From positions 60,001-92,000 of the forward strand of contig NZ_JAGIOS010000004.1 in the NCBI RefSeq assembly GCF_017876815.1: DNA of 32,000 bases, read 5' to 3'. Source of the stretch: Sinorhizobium meliloti. Its GTDB lineage: Bacteria; Pseudomonadota; Alphaproteobacteria; Rhizobiales; Rhizobiaceae. Position 1 is the stretch's first letter, and the number at the start of each line of letters is the position of its first letter. Under the pieces are notes generated by a model that was given only the letters and a program-made list of their open reading frames with translations, was not told the DNA's origin and ran no database searches. Position numbers and translations under genes: made by a program. This document shows positions 14,880 to 22,859 of this stretch, piece by piece.

Positions 14880-15787
14880 GCTGCCACGGGCTCTCGCTTC
14901 AGCGGCATCGTTAGGCAATGAATGCCGCTGCCACCTTTGGCGAATTCCGGAAAATAGGGATCCACCACCTTGAGACCCTCTGCCCGCAATTTGTCGATCA
15001 CAGAGCGATTGTGTCTGGACGTCATAACGCGGTCATCTCCCAGAGAAACAACGTTGCATCCAAGCTCCATCGCCTCCTTGTACGTTACCGGGATGATCCG
15101 GATTTTCTCCTCCCGAAGAAGGTCAACGAGGGAATCCGGAGCGACTTCAGTGCAAACCAGTGCCAAATTTTCCGCCGCCATGCTGAAAATGACATCCAAA
15201 TGTAGGAAGTGCTCCGGGAACGGCTGCAAATGCACCCTCCAGCCGTTCTTTTTGAACAGCGAAGTGAATTCCTCAGCGCCATCCCGCGTTGTGCGTTCAC
15301 CGCTGTATCCGACGATGACCAACCCAGGCTTCGTGACTGAAATATCGCCACCTTCAATCGTGCCTCTGGACGACATCAGGGGGATAGGAATGCCCTTCGA
15401 CCGATAGAAATCGATCACCGATGCGTACTCGCCCCGCCGCTCAATGTGTCTGAGTTGGAGGATTGCGGCACCCCAAGGGGTCATCTGACTGCTGTCGCGT
15501 GTGTCGCTCTGAAAAATCAGGTGGGGCTGAGGCTCAAGAAAGTGCACGTTGACACCATTCTCCCCGAAGGCAGACACGATTTCGTCGTGCTGGGACATCG
15601 CAGCCACCACGTCCGGAACGTTTTCGGTCATCTTTTCCCTGACGACCGAATTGATCGGCACCCATCCGTAATGCTGCGGCGAGCACAGCAATACGTCCTT
15701 CAACACGCCGTACTCAGAGTCCACCCCCCATTTGTCCGTTTCGAGAGACGCTTCTGCGGTCACGTTTGGCGAATCATGCAACGACAT
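14876..15787 (-). CDS. Guanidino-group-modifying enzyme fold (amidinotransferase / dimethylarginine dimethylaminohydrolase / arginine deiminase superfamily)
   Basis: The protein is 303 aa. The C-terminal ..GGSGIHCLTMPL.. matches the catalytic-Cys motif of this superfamily, and ..HLDVIFSM.. is a mid-protein motif. Confidence 0.65.
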   Translation of the reverse strand: MSLHDSPNVTAEASLETDKWGVDSEYGVLKDVLLCSPQHYGWVPINSVVREKMTENVPDVVAAMSQHDEIVSAFGENGVNVHFLEPQPHLIFQSDTRDSSQMTPWGAAILQLRHIERRGEYASVIDFYRSKGIPIPLMSSRGTIEGGDISVTKPGLVIVGYSGERTTRDGAEEFTSLFKKNGWRVHLQPFPEHFLHLDVIFSMAAENLALVCTEVAPDSLVDLLREEKIRIIPVTYKEAMELGCNVVSLGDDRVMTSRHNRSVIDKLRAEGLKVVDPYFPEFAKGGSGIHCLTMPLKREPVAA

Positions 15788-15790
15788 TTT

Positions 15791-16564
15791 TTACCTCAGG
15801 TCGTATGGAAAGTATTTCTTGTTGATGCTCTCGTATTTCCCGCTGGAGATCACGTTATCCAGAGCGCTATTCAGCTCGTCACGAAGTTCCGTATTTGTCT
15901 TTGCAACGGCGATACCTACGCCTTCACCCAGCATGGGATCGACCACCGGCTCGCCGATCAGGCGCAGGGCGCCAGCTTCACCATCTCGCTTGATGGCGAA
16001 GTAGCTGGAGTTGGCATCGTTGAGGACGTAGTCGATACGCTCGGATTTCAGATCGGCGAAGGCTTCTGTGACCGTGGGATACTCACGAATCGCAACGCGA
16101 TCGCCGAATTTAGTTTCAAGATACTTGCCGTACGCTGTCGCGGTTTCAACACCGACGGTCTTCCCATCCAGCTCAGCCGCGGTGATCTGCTCGACAGAAT
16201 TTGTGCCAGCACCGACGAATAATGCCTTTGCGGCATAGTAGGGCTTTGTGAAAAGAACCTTTTGCTTGCGCTCAGGCGTGATGAGCATGCTGGCGAGAAT
16301 TGCATCAAACTTGTTCGCTTGCAAACCCGGGATTAGTGCATCCCACTCCTGACGCACCCAAACGCATTTGCGCTTCATTTCCGCGCAGAGCGCCTCCCCC
16401 AGATCGATGTCGAAGCCAACCAGCTGGCCCTCGGTGTTCGGCGATGCAAACGGGGGATAACCTCCATCAAGCCCGAAGCGAAGTTCGCCGTCCGCAGCCA
16501 TGCTGGCCGAATACGACACGATCGATGCTGCACTCATCATCAAGGCAAATAGGTACTTTCGCAT
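15791..16564 (-). CDS. Periplasmic substrate-binding protein, family 3 (Lys/Arg/Orn/His/opine type)
   Basis: It has a signal-peptide-like N-terminus (MRKYLFALMMSAASIVSYSASMA) and segments ..GYPPFAS.., ..GFDIDLGEALC.., ..WDALIPGLQANKFDAILASM... Confidence 0.8.
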   Translation of the reverse strand: MRKYLFALMMSAASIVSYSASMAADGELRFGLDGGYPPFASPNTEGQLVGFDIDLGEALCAEMKRKCVWVRQEWDALIPGLQANKFDAILASMLITPERKQKVLFTKPYYAAKALFVGAGTNSVEQITAAELDGKTVGVETATAYGKYLETKFGDRVAIREYPTVTEAFADLKSERIDYVLNDANSSYFAIKRDGEAGALRLIGEPVVDPMLGEGVGIAVAKTNTELRDELNSALDNVISSGKYESINKKYFPYDLR

Positions 16565-16582
16565 TGCATTGTTCCCTTTCTT

Positions 16583-17953
16583 CTATTGTGAATTTTCCAG
16601 TTCCAAACGCATCGCGGCCTCCAGTATCAGCGCGTCCCGGTACTTCCCCGCAGCGATCTGAACCGCGATCGGTAGTCCGGTTTTCGAACGCCTCATCGGG
16701 AAGGACATCGCAGGAGATTGCGAGAGGTTGAAAAGATAAAGGTTTGCGGCCCAATCGAGCCAACTCGTCATTCCCATTTCAACCGGGAAGTCCTGGCCTA
16801 CGTCGAAGGCAGCGAACGGCGTCGCAGGCATCAACAGGACATCGAAGCTGTTGAGGAAAACATTTATCGAACTGGCCAGGACGGCACGTTGATAATCGGC
16901 ATTCGCCATTTCGACGGCCGAAAGGCGCAGTCCCGATTGCGCCATCTCCGCCAAACCAGGATCTAGGAGGTGGCGCCTGTCGGCGGGGGTGCGGTCCCAA
17001 TCCATAGCGCTGTCGCGGGCCCAGAAAATCTCGATCAGCTGGCGAACTTCGTCGAAAGTCACCGGGAGCGTCACCGGGATGATCGACCCGTTCGATCCGG
17101 CCAGGATTGTTGCCGCTTCTTCTACAGCCAGGCGAACGTCTTCGCTTGGCTCGGGGCCAAGGCCGGCGGCACATACACCAATTCTCAGAGGTTTTTTTTC
17201 GCCGCCAGCGGGCGACTGGAATACGTTCGAACTCGTGGCGAGCCAATCTCGGGGATCATGCTTGCCGGCATGCCGGAGCGAAATGGCAGCCTCGTGAACG
17301 GTTGCAGTAATCGGGGCGTGGCTAGACATCGTCGAGACAAGCGGAAACTGCGGCACGGCACCGAAGGATGGCTTCAGCCCAACGACTCCGCAAAATGCGG
17401 AAGGGATACGAATGGATCCGCCGCCATCAGATCCCGTATGTATTCTTCCGATCCCGAGAGCTGCGGCCACGGCCGCTCCTCCACTACTGCCGCCTGAAAC
17501 CTTGGACTTGTCCCATGGATTTCGCGTCAGCCCGGTTAGCGGACTATCTGTAACCCCCTTCCAACCAAATTCCGGCACGGTCGTTTTTCCAAGAAAAACA
17601 CAACCAGCTTCTCGAAGGCGAGCCACCAAAGGAGAGTCCTGGCGCGCTGGATTCTTCTCATCGGAGCTACAAGTCGAGGAGCCTGCAAATGTTTTCCAGC
17701 CAGCAACGTGATGTAGATCCTTAATAGTAGCTGGAATCCCATCAATGTCGCTCAGCGGCTTCCCAGAAACCCAACGCCGCTCGGACTCTTTCGCCTGTGC
17801 AAATGCCGTTTCCGGATCGAGGTAAACGAAGGCGTTATATTCCGCAGCCTCGCCAGCTCTAGAAAAGGCATCCGCCGCGACTTCAAGTGGTGAAAACTGG
17901 CCAGCTTCATATCCGCGCGTAAGCTGCGGGATAGTCCAATCTTTGAACGACAT
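16583..17953 (-). CDS. Amidase-signature family amidase
   Basis: The protein is 456 aa, with the ..GGSSGGAAVAAALG.. signature and the ..IPATIKDL.. and ..DGGGSIRIPSAFCG.. motifs. Confidence 0.85.
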   Translation of the reverse strand: MSFKDWTIPQLTRGYEAGQFSPLEVAADAFSRAGEAAEYNAFVYLDPETAFAQAKESERRWVSGKPLSDIDGIPATIKDLHHVAGWKTFAGSSTCSSDEKNPARQDSPLVARLREAGCVFLGKTTVPEFGWKGVTDSPLTGLTRNPWDKSKVSGGSSGGAAVAAALGIGRIHTGSDGGGSIRIPSAFCGVVGLKPSFGAVPQFPLVSTMSSHAPITATVHEAAISLRHAGKHDPRDWLATSSNVFQSPAGGEKKPLRIGVCAAGLGPEPSEDVRLAVEEAATILAGSNGSIIPVTLPVTFDEVRQLIEIFWARDSAMDWDRTPADRRHLLDPGLAEMAQSGLRLSAVEMANADYQRAVLASSINVFLNSFDVLLMPATPFAAFDVGQDFPVEMGMTSWLDWAANLYLFNLSQSPAMSFPMRRSKTGLPIAVQIAAGKYRDALILEAAMRLELENSQ

Positions 17954-17999
17954 TCACTTGAGCTCCACCATCGGCCCAGCTTTAAGGCCTCTTGCGTTT

Positions 18000-18018
18000 C
18001 ATTATAATTGTTATAATG
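18000..18018. promoter_or_regulatory. Perfect 8-3-8 palindrome CATTATAA-TTG-TTATAATG in the divergent promoter region; candidate operator and/or back-to-back -10 boxes
   Basis: It is read directly from the AT-rich 122-bp gap between the amidase and aminotransferase operons. A GntR-family regulator is encoded in the right-hand operon. Confidence 0.4.
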
Positions 18019-18075
18019 ATTATATGCGTAAGCACATTTCGAAACGCAGTCAACCAATGTTTGGAGTCCGCTACG

Positions 18076-19329
18076 GTGAATGATCTGGATGAGCTCAACG
18101 AAGCGGTGGAGCGCGAAAGAGCGGAGATTGCTGCCGCCAACCCGAAGAGCGCTGCTCTCTACGACGAAGCGGCAGCATTTCCCGGCGGAAGTACGAGGAG
18201 CGTGCTGTATTATCCGCCGTTTCCGCTATCGATCGTCAAAGGTGAAAAGTCGAAGATTTGGGATGCAGACGGCCACGCGTACACAGATTTTCTGAATGAA
18301 TATTCGGCCGGGCTATTTGGCCATTCGAATGCCGCGATCAAGCGCGCTATCCTTGCAGCACTGGAAGACGGTATCAGCTTGGGCGGCCCCAATCGGTTCG
18401 AGGCACAACTCGCCAACTGTTTGACAAAACGGTTCGCAGCAATGGAGCGAATTAGATTTTGTAATACGGGCACCGAAGCGAATATTGCCGCCCTTCAACT
18501 GGCACTACACATTACTCGCAGAGATAAAGTATTGTTTTTCAAAGGAGGTTACCATGGAGGATTTATATGGTTCCCGGAAACGCGAATGCCGCTCAACATC
18601 AACTTCAACGCAGTAATCTCGCCATTCAACGATGAAGCCGCGTTGGAGGCCGTATTTGGAATCCATGGCGATCGGCTTGGCGCCTGCATCGTCGAACCTG
18701 TAATGTCCGCCGGAGGCGCCATACCTGCCGACCGATCTTTTCTTGCGAAACTGAAGGAGAGATGCGACCATCATGGGATCGTATTGATCTTCGATGAAGT
18801 GGTATCTTCCCGCCTCGATGTTGGTGGCATGCAAGCGGTTCACGGCATCTACCCCGATATCACTACTCTGGGAAAATACATTGGTGGCGGCCTAAGCTTC
18901 GGCGCTTTCGGGGGAAAAGCAGAGCTCATCGATAGACTGGACATGCGCCGGCAAGATGCAGTGCCCCACGCTGGAACATTCAATAACAATATTCTATCGA
19001 TGGCGGCAGGCCTTGCGGCAGCATCAGTTCTAACTCCCGAGGCCATCGCGCGCATCAATGCACTCGGTGACTTTTTCAGAAGGGAATTTGCGGGCATCTC
19101 ACCCGATCAATCGAAGATGAGCGCGAGCGGCTTCGGGTCACTGTCATGCGTACATTTCGCGTCCAAGCAGCTGCACGACCTGTTCCATCTGCACCTCCTT
19201 CGGAGCGGTTACTACACGGCTCGAAGAGGATCTGTGTATCTCTCGCTTGAAACGACAGAGGAAGAAGTTTCCGGGCTACTTCGGGCCTCAAAAGCCTTTG
19301 TTGAACGTTTTGGTTCATACCTTCGATGA
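18076..19329 (+). CDS. Class III aminotransferase (glutamate-1-semialdehyde aminomutase-like)
   Basis: The translation shows ..GGSTRSVLYYPPFPL..G..SKIWDADGHAYTDF..YSAGLFGHSN.., ..FCNTGTEAN.., ..LIFDEVVSSRL.. and a ..LGKYIGGG.. lysine region. The GTG start at 18076 follows GGAG; the ORF track start at 17992 is probably too early. Confidence 0.8.
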   Translation: MNDLDELNEAVERERAEIAAANPKSAALYDEAAAFPGGSTRSVLYYPPFPLSIVKGEKSKIWDADGHAYTDFLNEYSAGLFGHSNAAIKRAILAALEDGISLGGPNRFEAQLANCLTKRFAAMERIRFCNTGTEANIAALQLALHITRRDKVLFFKGGYHGGFIWFPETRMPLNINFNAVISPFNDEAALEAVFGIHGDRLGACIVEPVMSAGGAIPADRSFLAKLKERCDHHGIVLIFDEVVSSRLDVGGMQAVHGIYPDITTLGKYIGGGLSFGAFGGKAELIDRLDMRRQDAVPHAGTFNNNILSMAAGLAAASVLTPEAIARINALGDFFRREFAGISPDQSKMSASGFGSLSCVHFASKQLHDLFHLHLLRSGYYTARRGSVYLSLETTEEEVSGLLRASKAFVERFGSYLR

Positions 19330-19360
19330 ACCATGAACCCGATAGGAGGCCCGACTCATC

Positions 19361-20149
19361 GTGTCGATAAAGCCATACGATCACCCCGAAAAGGTTACGT
19401 TAGGTCAACCACAAAAGGGACTAAGCCGCCGTCAGGCGTGGCACATCGCAGACCATATCCGCAAGGAGATAATAAAGCAGGGCCTTAGCCCGGGTGATCG
19501 CCTGCCCGGCGAGAAGCATCTCATCGAACAGTTTGGCTTGGCTCGGGCCACAGTTAGAGAGGGTCTCGCGATCCTTGAAGCGCAAGGGCTTGTTTCGATT
19601 TCGCCGGGCAGAAGCGGAGGGGTATTGGTCTCTGCCATTCCGACTGATGCCATAACCGACGGCATGGCTGCCTACCTCTATTTCGAAAGCGCAACGTGGT
19701 CCGATCTGTATCAAGCGAGGCTCGTGATAGAGCCGTTCGTAGCAGGTCTATCCTTCGACGCGATCGAAGATGATGGCATCAAGCAGATGCAGGAATCCAT
19801 CGATGAATGTAATCGCGGCGTCAGAGGCGAAATTAGCCCCCGAATGCATAAGATGGCTGAGATCAACTTTCATTCCGTCATAGCCCAGTTCTGCCCAAAC
19901 CCCATCTTGCGATTGAGCGCGCTCCATCTCGTCCGAGCTATGGAGGACATGGTCGATTCCTTGCTTATCGTAGACACGGACGACGCTGCAAAGCGCATCA
20001 TCAGGGATCACAAAGTAATCCTCGGCGCATTCATCTCCGGCTCAAAGGCCGATGTGGAAAATCTGATCAGAAAGCACATCGTCGACACAGAGACCGAGCT
20101 CCTAAGGCTTGTGCAAGATCAAGGCTCTCGAGCGTTTAGACAAGCGTGA
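19361..20149 (+). CDS. GntR-family transcriptional regulator (FadR/FCD subfamily)
   Basis: The winged-HTH segment ..GDRLPGEKHLIEQFGLARATVREGLAILEAQGLVSISPGRSGGVLV.. is followed by a helical C-terminal domain. Confidence 0.85.
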   Translation: MSIKPYDHPEKVTLGQPQKGLSRRQAWHIADHIRKEIIKQGLSPGDRLPGEKHLIEQFGLARATVREGLAILEAQGLVSISPGRSGGVLVSAIPTDAITDGMAAYLYFESATWSDLYQARLVIEPFVAGLSFDAIEDDGIKQMQESIDECNRGVRGEISPRMHKMAEINFHSVIAQFCPNPILRLSALHLVRAMEDMVDSLLIVDTDDAAKRIIRDHKVILGAFISGSKADVENLIRKHIVDTETELLRLVQDQGSRAFRQA

Positions 20150-20196
20150 ATAAATCGAGCGATACGCTCTGCTCAAGTGCAAATTGTGGGAACTTT

Positions 20197-21120
20197 ATGG
20201 CCGACATCAATTCCAAGGTAATCATCACCTGCGCGATCACTGGGTCAATACACACCCCGTCCATGTCGCCTTATCTACCGCTTTCGCCGGAGCAGATCGC
20301 GGTTCAGGCTATCGACGCCGCAAACGCCGGCGCTGCTATGTTGCACTTGCACGCCCGTGACCCGGAAACTGGACAACCCACACCCGACCCGAGCGTCTTT
20401 CGGCAATTCGTGCCTCGCATCAGAGACGCGACGGATGCGATTATAGCCCTCACCACCGGTGGAAGTGCGTCTATGAGTCTTGATGAGCGCTTGCAAGCCC
20501 CGAGCGAATTGAGGCCCGAGATGTGCTCACTTAACATGGGCACGATGAATTTTGGCATATTTCCATTAGCACAGAAGGAACGCACCTGGATCCACCAGTG
20601 GGAGAGATCGTTCTTGGAGTCGTCGCGAAGTGGCATGTTCCGGAACACTTTCGCGGATATCGAAAAGATTATATGTCGAATGAGTGAAATGGGAACGCGG
20701 TTTGAGTTCGAGTGCTACGACATCGGTCACCTCTATACTTTGGCATACTTTCTTGAGCAATCCTTGGTAAAACCTCCTCTATTCATCCAATCTGTCGTGG
20801 GAATACTTGGTGGCATAGGCAGCGACCACGAATCCCTCCAGCAAATGCGAGCAACGGCAGATCGACTTTTCGGAAGCGATTACCAGTGGTCCGTACTCGC
20901 CGCGGGCCGAAGTCAGATGCGATTGGGAACAATGGCAGCACTAATGGGCGGGCACGTCCGGGTGGGTTTAGAGGATAATCTTTGGCTCGAAAAGGGACGG
21001 CTCGCACCCGATAATGCGTCCCAAGTGACGAAAATGCGGTGCATCCTTTCAGAACTCGGGCTTGAGGTTGCGACACCCTCTCAAGCGCGTGAACTGTTGG
21101 GGATCACCACGCGGAGCTAG
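20197..21120 (+). CDS. BKACE-family enzyme (3-keto-5-aminohexanoate cleavage enzyme-like, DUF849)
   Basis: The translation ..KVIITCAITGSIHTPSMSPYLPLSPEQIAVQAIDAANAGAAMLHLHARDPETGQPT.. is the characteristic N-terminal region of this family. The ATG at 20197 is preferred over the track start at 20146. Confidence 0.75.
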   Translation: MADINSKVIITCAITGSIHTPSMSPYLPLSPEQIAVQAIDAANAGAAMLHLHARDPETGQPTPDPSVFRQFVPRIRDATDAIIALTTGGSASMSLDERLQAPSELRPEMCSLNMGTMNFGIFPLAQKERTWIHQWERSFLESSRSGMFRNTFADIEKIICRMSEMGTRFEFECYDIGHLYTLAYFLEQSLVKPPLFIQSVVGILGGIGSDHESLQQMRATADRLFGSDYQWSVLAAGRSQMRLGTMAALMGGHVRVGLEDNLWLEKGRLAPDNASQVTKMRCILSELGLEVATPSQARELLGITTRS

Positions 21121-21124
21121 AAAA

Positions 21125-21571
21125 ATGCCGTCAGCTATCGAGAGACTAAACGCGATTCGGAATGGCGTTGGTGCTGCTCCGCCAATTTACAAACTACTGG
21201 ATATTTCGGTCGTTGAAGCCAGAGAAGGCGAAGTTTCGTTGCAATTTAGGCCCCATGAAGGCCTTAGGAATCCGATTGGATTGGTTGCGGGAGGAGCAAT
21301 AGCAACCCTCCTCGACACCGCCCTCGCCTGGGCTTGCGACACTTGCGTTCCCAGCGATCAGGTGTCCACCACAATTGAGCTAAAAGTGAATTTCTTGCGG
21401 CCGGTGTCGGTCAGTGGCGGGACAGTCGTCGCAACCGCTCGCGTAATTCATCCAGGTAATCGCATATTGGTAGCCACGGCAGACCTGAGACAAATGGGCA
21501 TAGATGGTGCTCAAGCTCTCAATTGCGCCGTAGCGACGGCCACGTGTATGATCATACCTGCTACGGGATAG
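21125..21571 (+). CDS. PaaI/hotdog-fold thioesterase
   Basis: The translation reads ..PPIYKLLDISVVEAREGEVSLQFRPHEGLRNPIGLVAGGAIATLLDTALAWAC... The ATG is at 21125. Confidence 0.7.
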   Translation: MPSAIERLNAIRNGVGAAPPIYKLLDISVVEAREGEVSLQFRPHEGLRNPIGLVAGGAIATLLDTALAWACDTCVPSDQVSTTIELKVNFLRPVSVSGGTVVATARVIHPGNRILVATADLRQMGIDGAQALNCAVATATCMIIPATG

Positions 21572-21618
21572 GAAGGCAGGAGCATACGTGGATGATGGAT
21601 AGAGCTGCCTCGGGGATT

Positions 21619-21805
21619 TGAACAGCGCGGATAAGTGGAATTCCTGCCTGTGTTTGGCTTAGATGCCGGAAACAGGAGATAGCATGACGAGACGACCGCG
21701 CCGGAACCACAGCCCGGCTTTCAAGGCGAAAGTAGCGCTTGCCGCGATCAGGGGCGAACAGACCTGGCGGAACTGTCGCAGCAATTCGACGTGCCGAACA
21801 GGTCG
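21619..21805 (+). mobile_element. IS3-family left end with a frameshifted orfA fragment
   Basis: A TG-initiated end (TGAACAGCGCGGATAAGTGG..) is followed by an ATG at 21684 encoding MTRRPRRNHSPAFKAKVALAAIRGEQT. A one-base loss precedes ..LAELSQQFDV-PN.. Homology stops near 21805. Confidence 0.6.
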
Positions 21806-21814
21806 CGTTTGTCT

Positions 21815-22139
21815 TCGACACTGGCACTTGGCCATCCTCGAAAGTAGGGAAAGCCGCTGGTCTGATGAACACATCGCGGCCACCTTAAACCGGATGGGCG
21901 ATTGCCCAAGGCAAGACCTGGGCGGCAAAGCGCGTCGGCTCAACACGGCGCGCGTGGAATTTGCCTGCCCAACAAGTTGTCCCGCGCGCTCCGTACCAGA
22001 TTAACGCCACGGATCTTCGCAATCTTCGGGTCGCCACTCGATGACGCCTAAAGGGCGCGCGTGGCAGTCCCCGCCGGAAACTCAAAAATCCAATGTTTGC
22101 AGTCACTTGAAGAGGGAGTGTGTAATGAATGCGACGTTG
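21815..22139 (+). pseudogene. Third copy (Z) of the LSR element: decayed 3' end of the recombinase gene plus the element terminus
   Basis: The translation ..AILESRESRWSDEHIAATLNRMG is followed by a frameshift, then ..GQGKTWAAKRVGSTRR.., a ~35-codon deletion, then ..QQVVPRAPYQINATDL.. and ..PMFAVT* at 22110. The terminus CCAATGTTTGCAGTCACTTGAAGAGGGAGTGTGTAATGAA is nearly identical to copy X (reverse complement of 2906-2945). Confidence 0.7.
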
Positions 22140-22172
22140 CAAAAACTCTGATGTCGCGCTCAAAGATGGGTA
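22140..22172 (-). pseudogene. tnpC: Scrap of a fourth IS66-family tnpC abutting the end of copy Z
   Basis: The minus-strand translation ..IFERDIRVFAT matches IS66-B TnpC (LLERDIRIFAT-GRKSWLF). Its nucleotide sequence differs from the IS66-A copy. Confidence 0.6.
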
Positions 22173-22227
22173 GTGTGCTGAAGGTTCTGCAAATTCACTG
22201 AGAGAGGCGGTCATGGCAGGTTGGTGA

Positions 22228-22236
22228 TGTTGAACG
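22228..22236. repeat. Target-site duplication of IS66-C, left copy (TGTTGAACG; 8 of these 9 nt)
   Basis: The same 9-mer lies directly outside both termini (22228-22236 and 25384-25392). Confidence 0.8.
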
Positions 22237-22295
22237 GTGAGCGCAACGAATGGCCCACGGCTTTCATGATTGACGGATAGGTTTCTGGCGCTCGG

Positions 22296-22859
22296 TCAGA
22301 ACTTCTGCTTTGCCCGCTTCGGCATAAAGTAGGTTCGGATATTGACGAGTGCTTCGGCGACGTCAGCAGCATCCTGGCTTGTCACTTTCCGTTTTGCCTC
22401 GCCGAGCTTGCGGATGGGTGCGATGATATCCCCAGTGACGGCATGACCACGAAGAACCGGCTGCCAAAGCCTCGGCGCGTATCCAGTTCCCAACAAAAAG
22501 CAGAGGTCCCAATCGAAGATATCAAAGGTCTGATCATCGATCCGGGTGAACCGGGGCCGGTGGTCTTTCGGTGTTTCGGAAAGGCTAGCCGAGATGCGGT
22601 TATATTCCGCAACAATGGTCTGTACGGCCCGATGCTCGGTCGTTTCCATCGGCAGGTTCAGGGCATCCGGACCGGTCAGTTCCGGGATCCATTTGCGTGG
22701 GTCGATGAACTTCGGTCCGATGATGAGAGCCGTAAGATAACCATCGAGACCGCTCATTGACCAGATTGGCGATGCTGGACGGCGTGCCCTGATAAACGCC
22801 TCGAACGCCTTTTCATCGAGCTTCGGTCGTGCCGTCGTCCCTTGGCTGTTCTGTGTCAT
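22296..22859 (-). CDS. UPF0149/YecA-like family protein, carried inside IS66-C
   Basis: The translation MTQNSQGTTARPKLDEKAFEAFIRARRPASPIWSMSGLDGYLTALIIGPKFIDPRKWIPEL.. matches the LDGFLTAL-type motif I recall for UPF0149 proteins. The ATG at 22859 overlaps the tnpC stop as ATGA. The stop at 22296 is 59 bp inside the IS terminus. Confidence 0.6.
   Translation of the reverse strand: MTQNSQGTTARPKLDEKAFEAFIRARRPASPIWSMSGLDGYLTALIIGPKFIDPRKWIPELTGPDALNLPMETTEHRAVQTIVAEYNRISASLSETPKDHRPRFTRIDDQTFDIFDWDLCFLLGTGYAPRLWQPVLRGHAVTGDIIAPIRKLGEAKRKVTSQDAADVAEALVNIRTYFMPKRAKQKF

Noticed and set aside
22178-22185. The 8-mer CTGAAGGT, repeated at 25432-25439, considered as the IS66-C target duplication
   Set aside because: The real termini start with GTGAGCG at 22237 and 25383 and are flanked directly by TGTTGAACG. 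The CTGAAGGT pair lies ~50 bp outside and is most simply chance or older debris.
21885-22214. A 109-aa minus-strand ORF
   Set aside because: It runs antisense through the copy Z remnant and the tnpC scrap, has an arginine-rich composition, and shows no homology.
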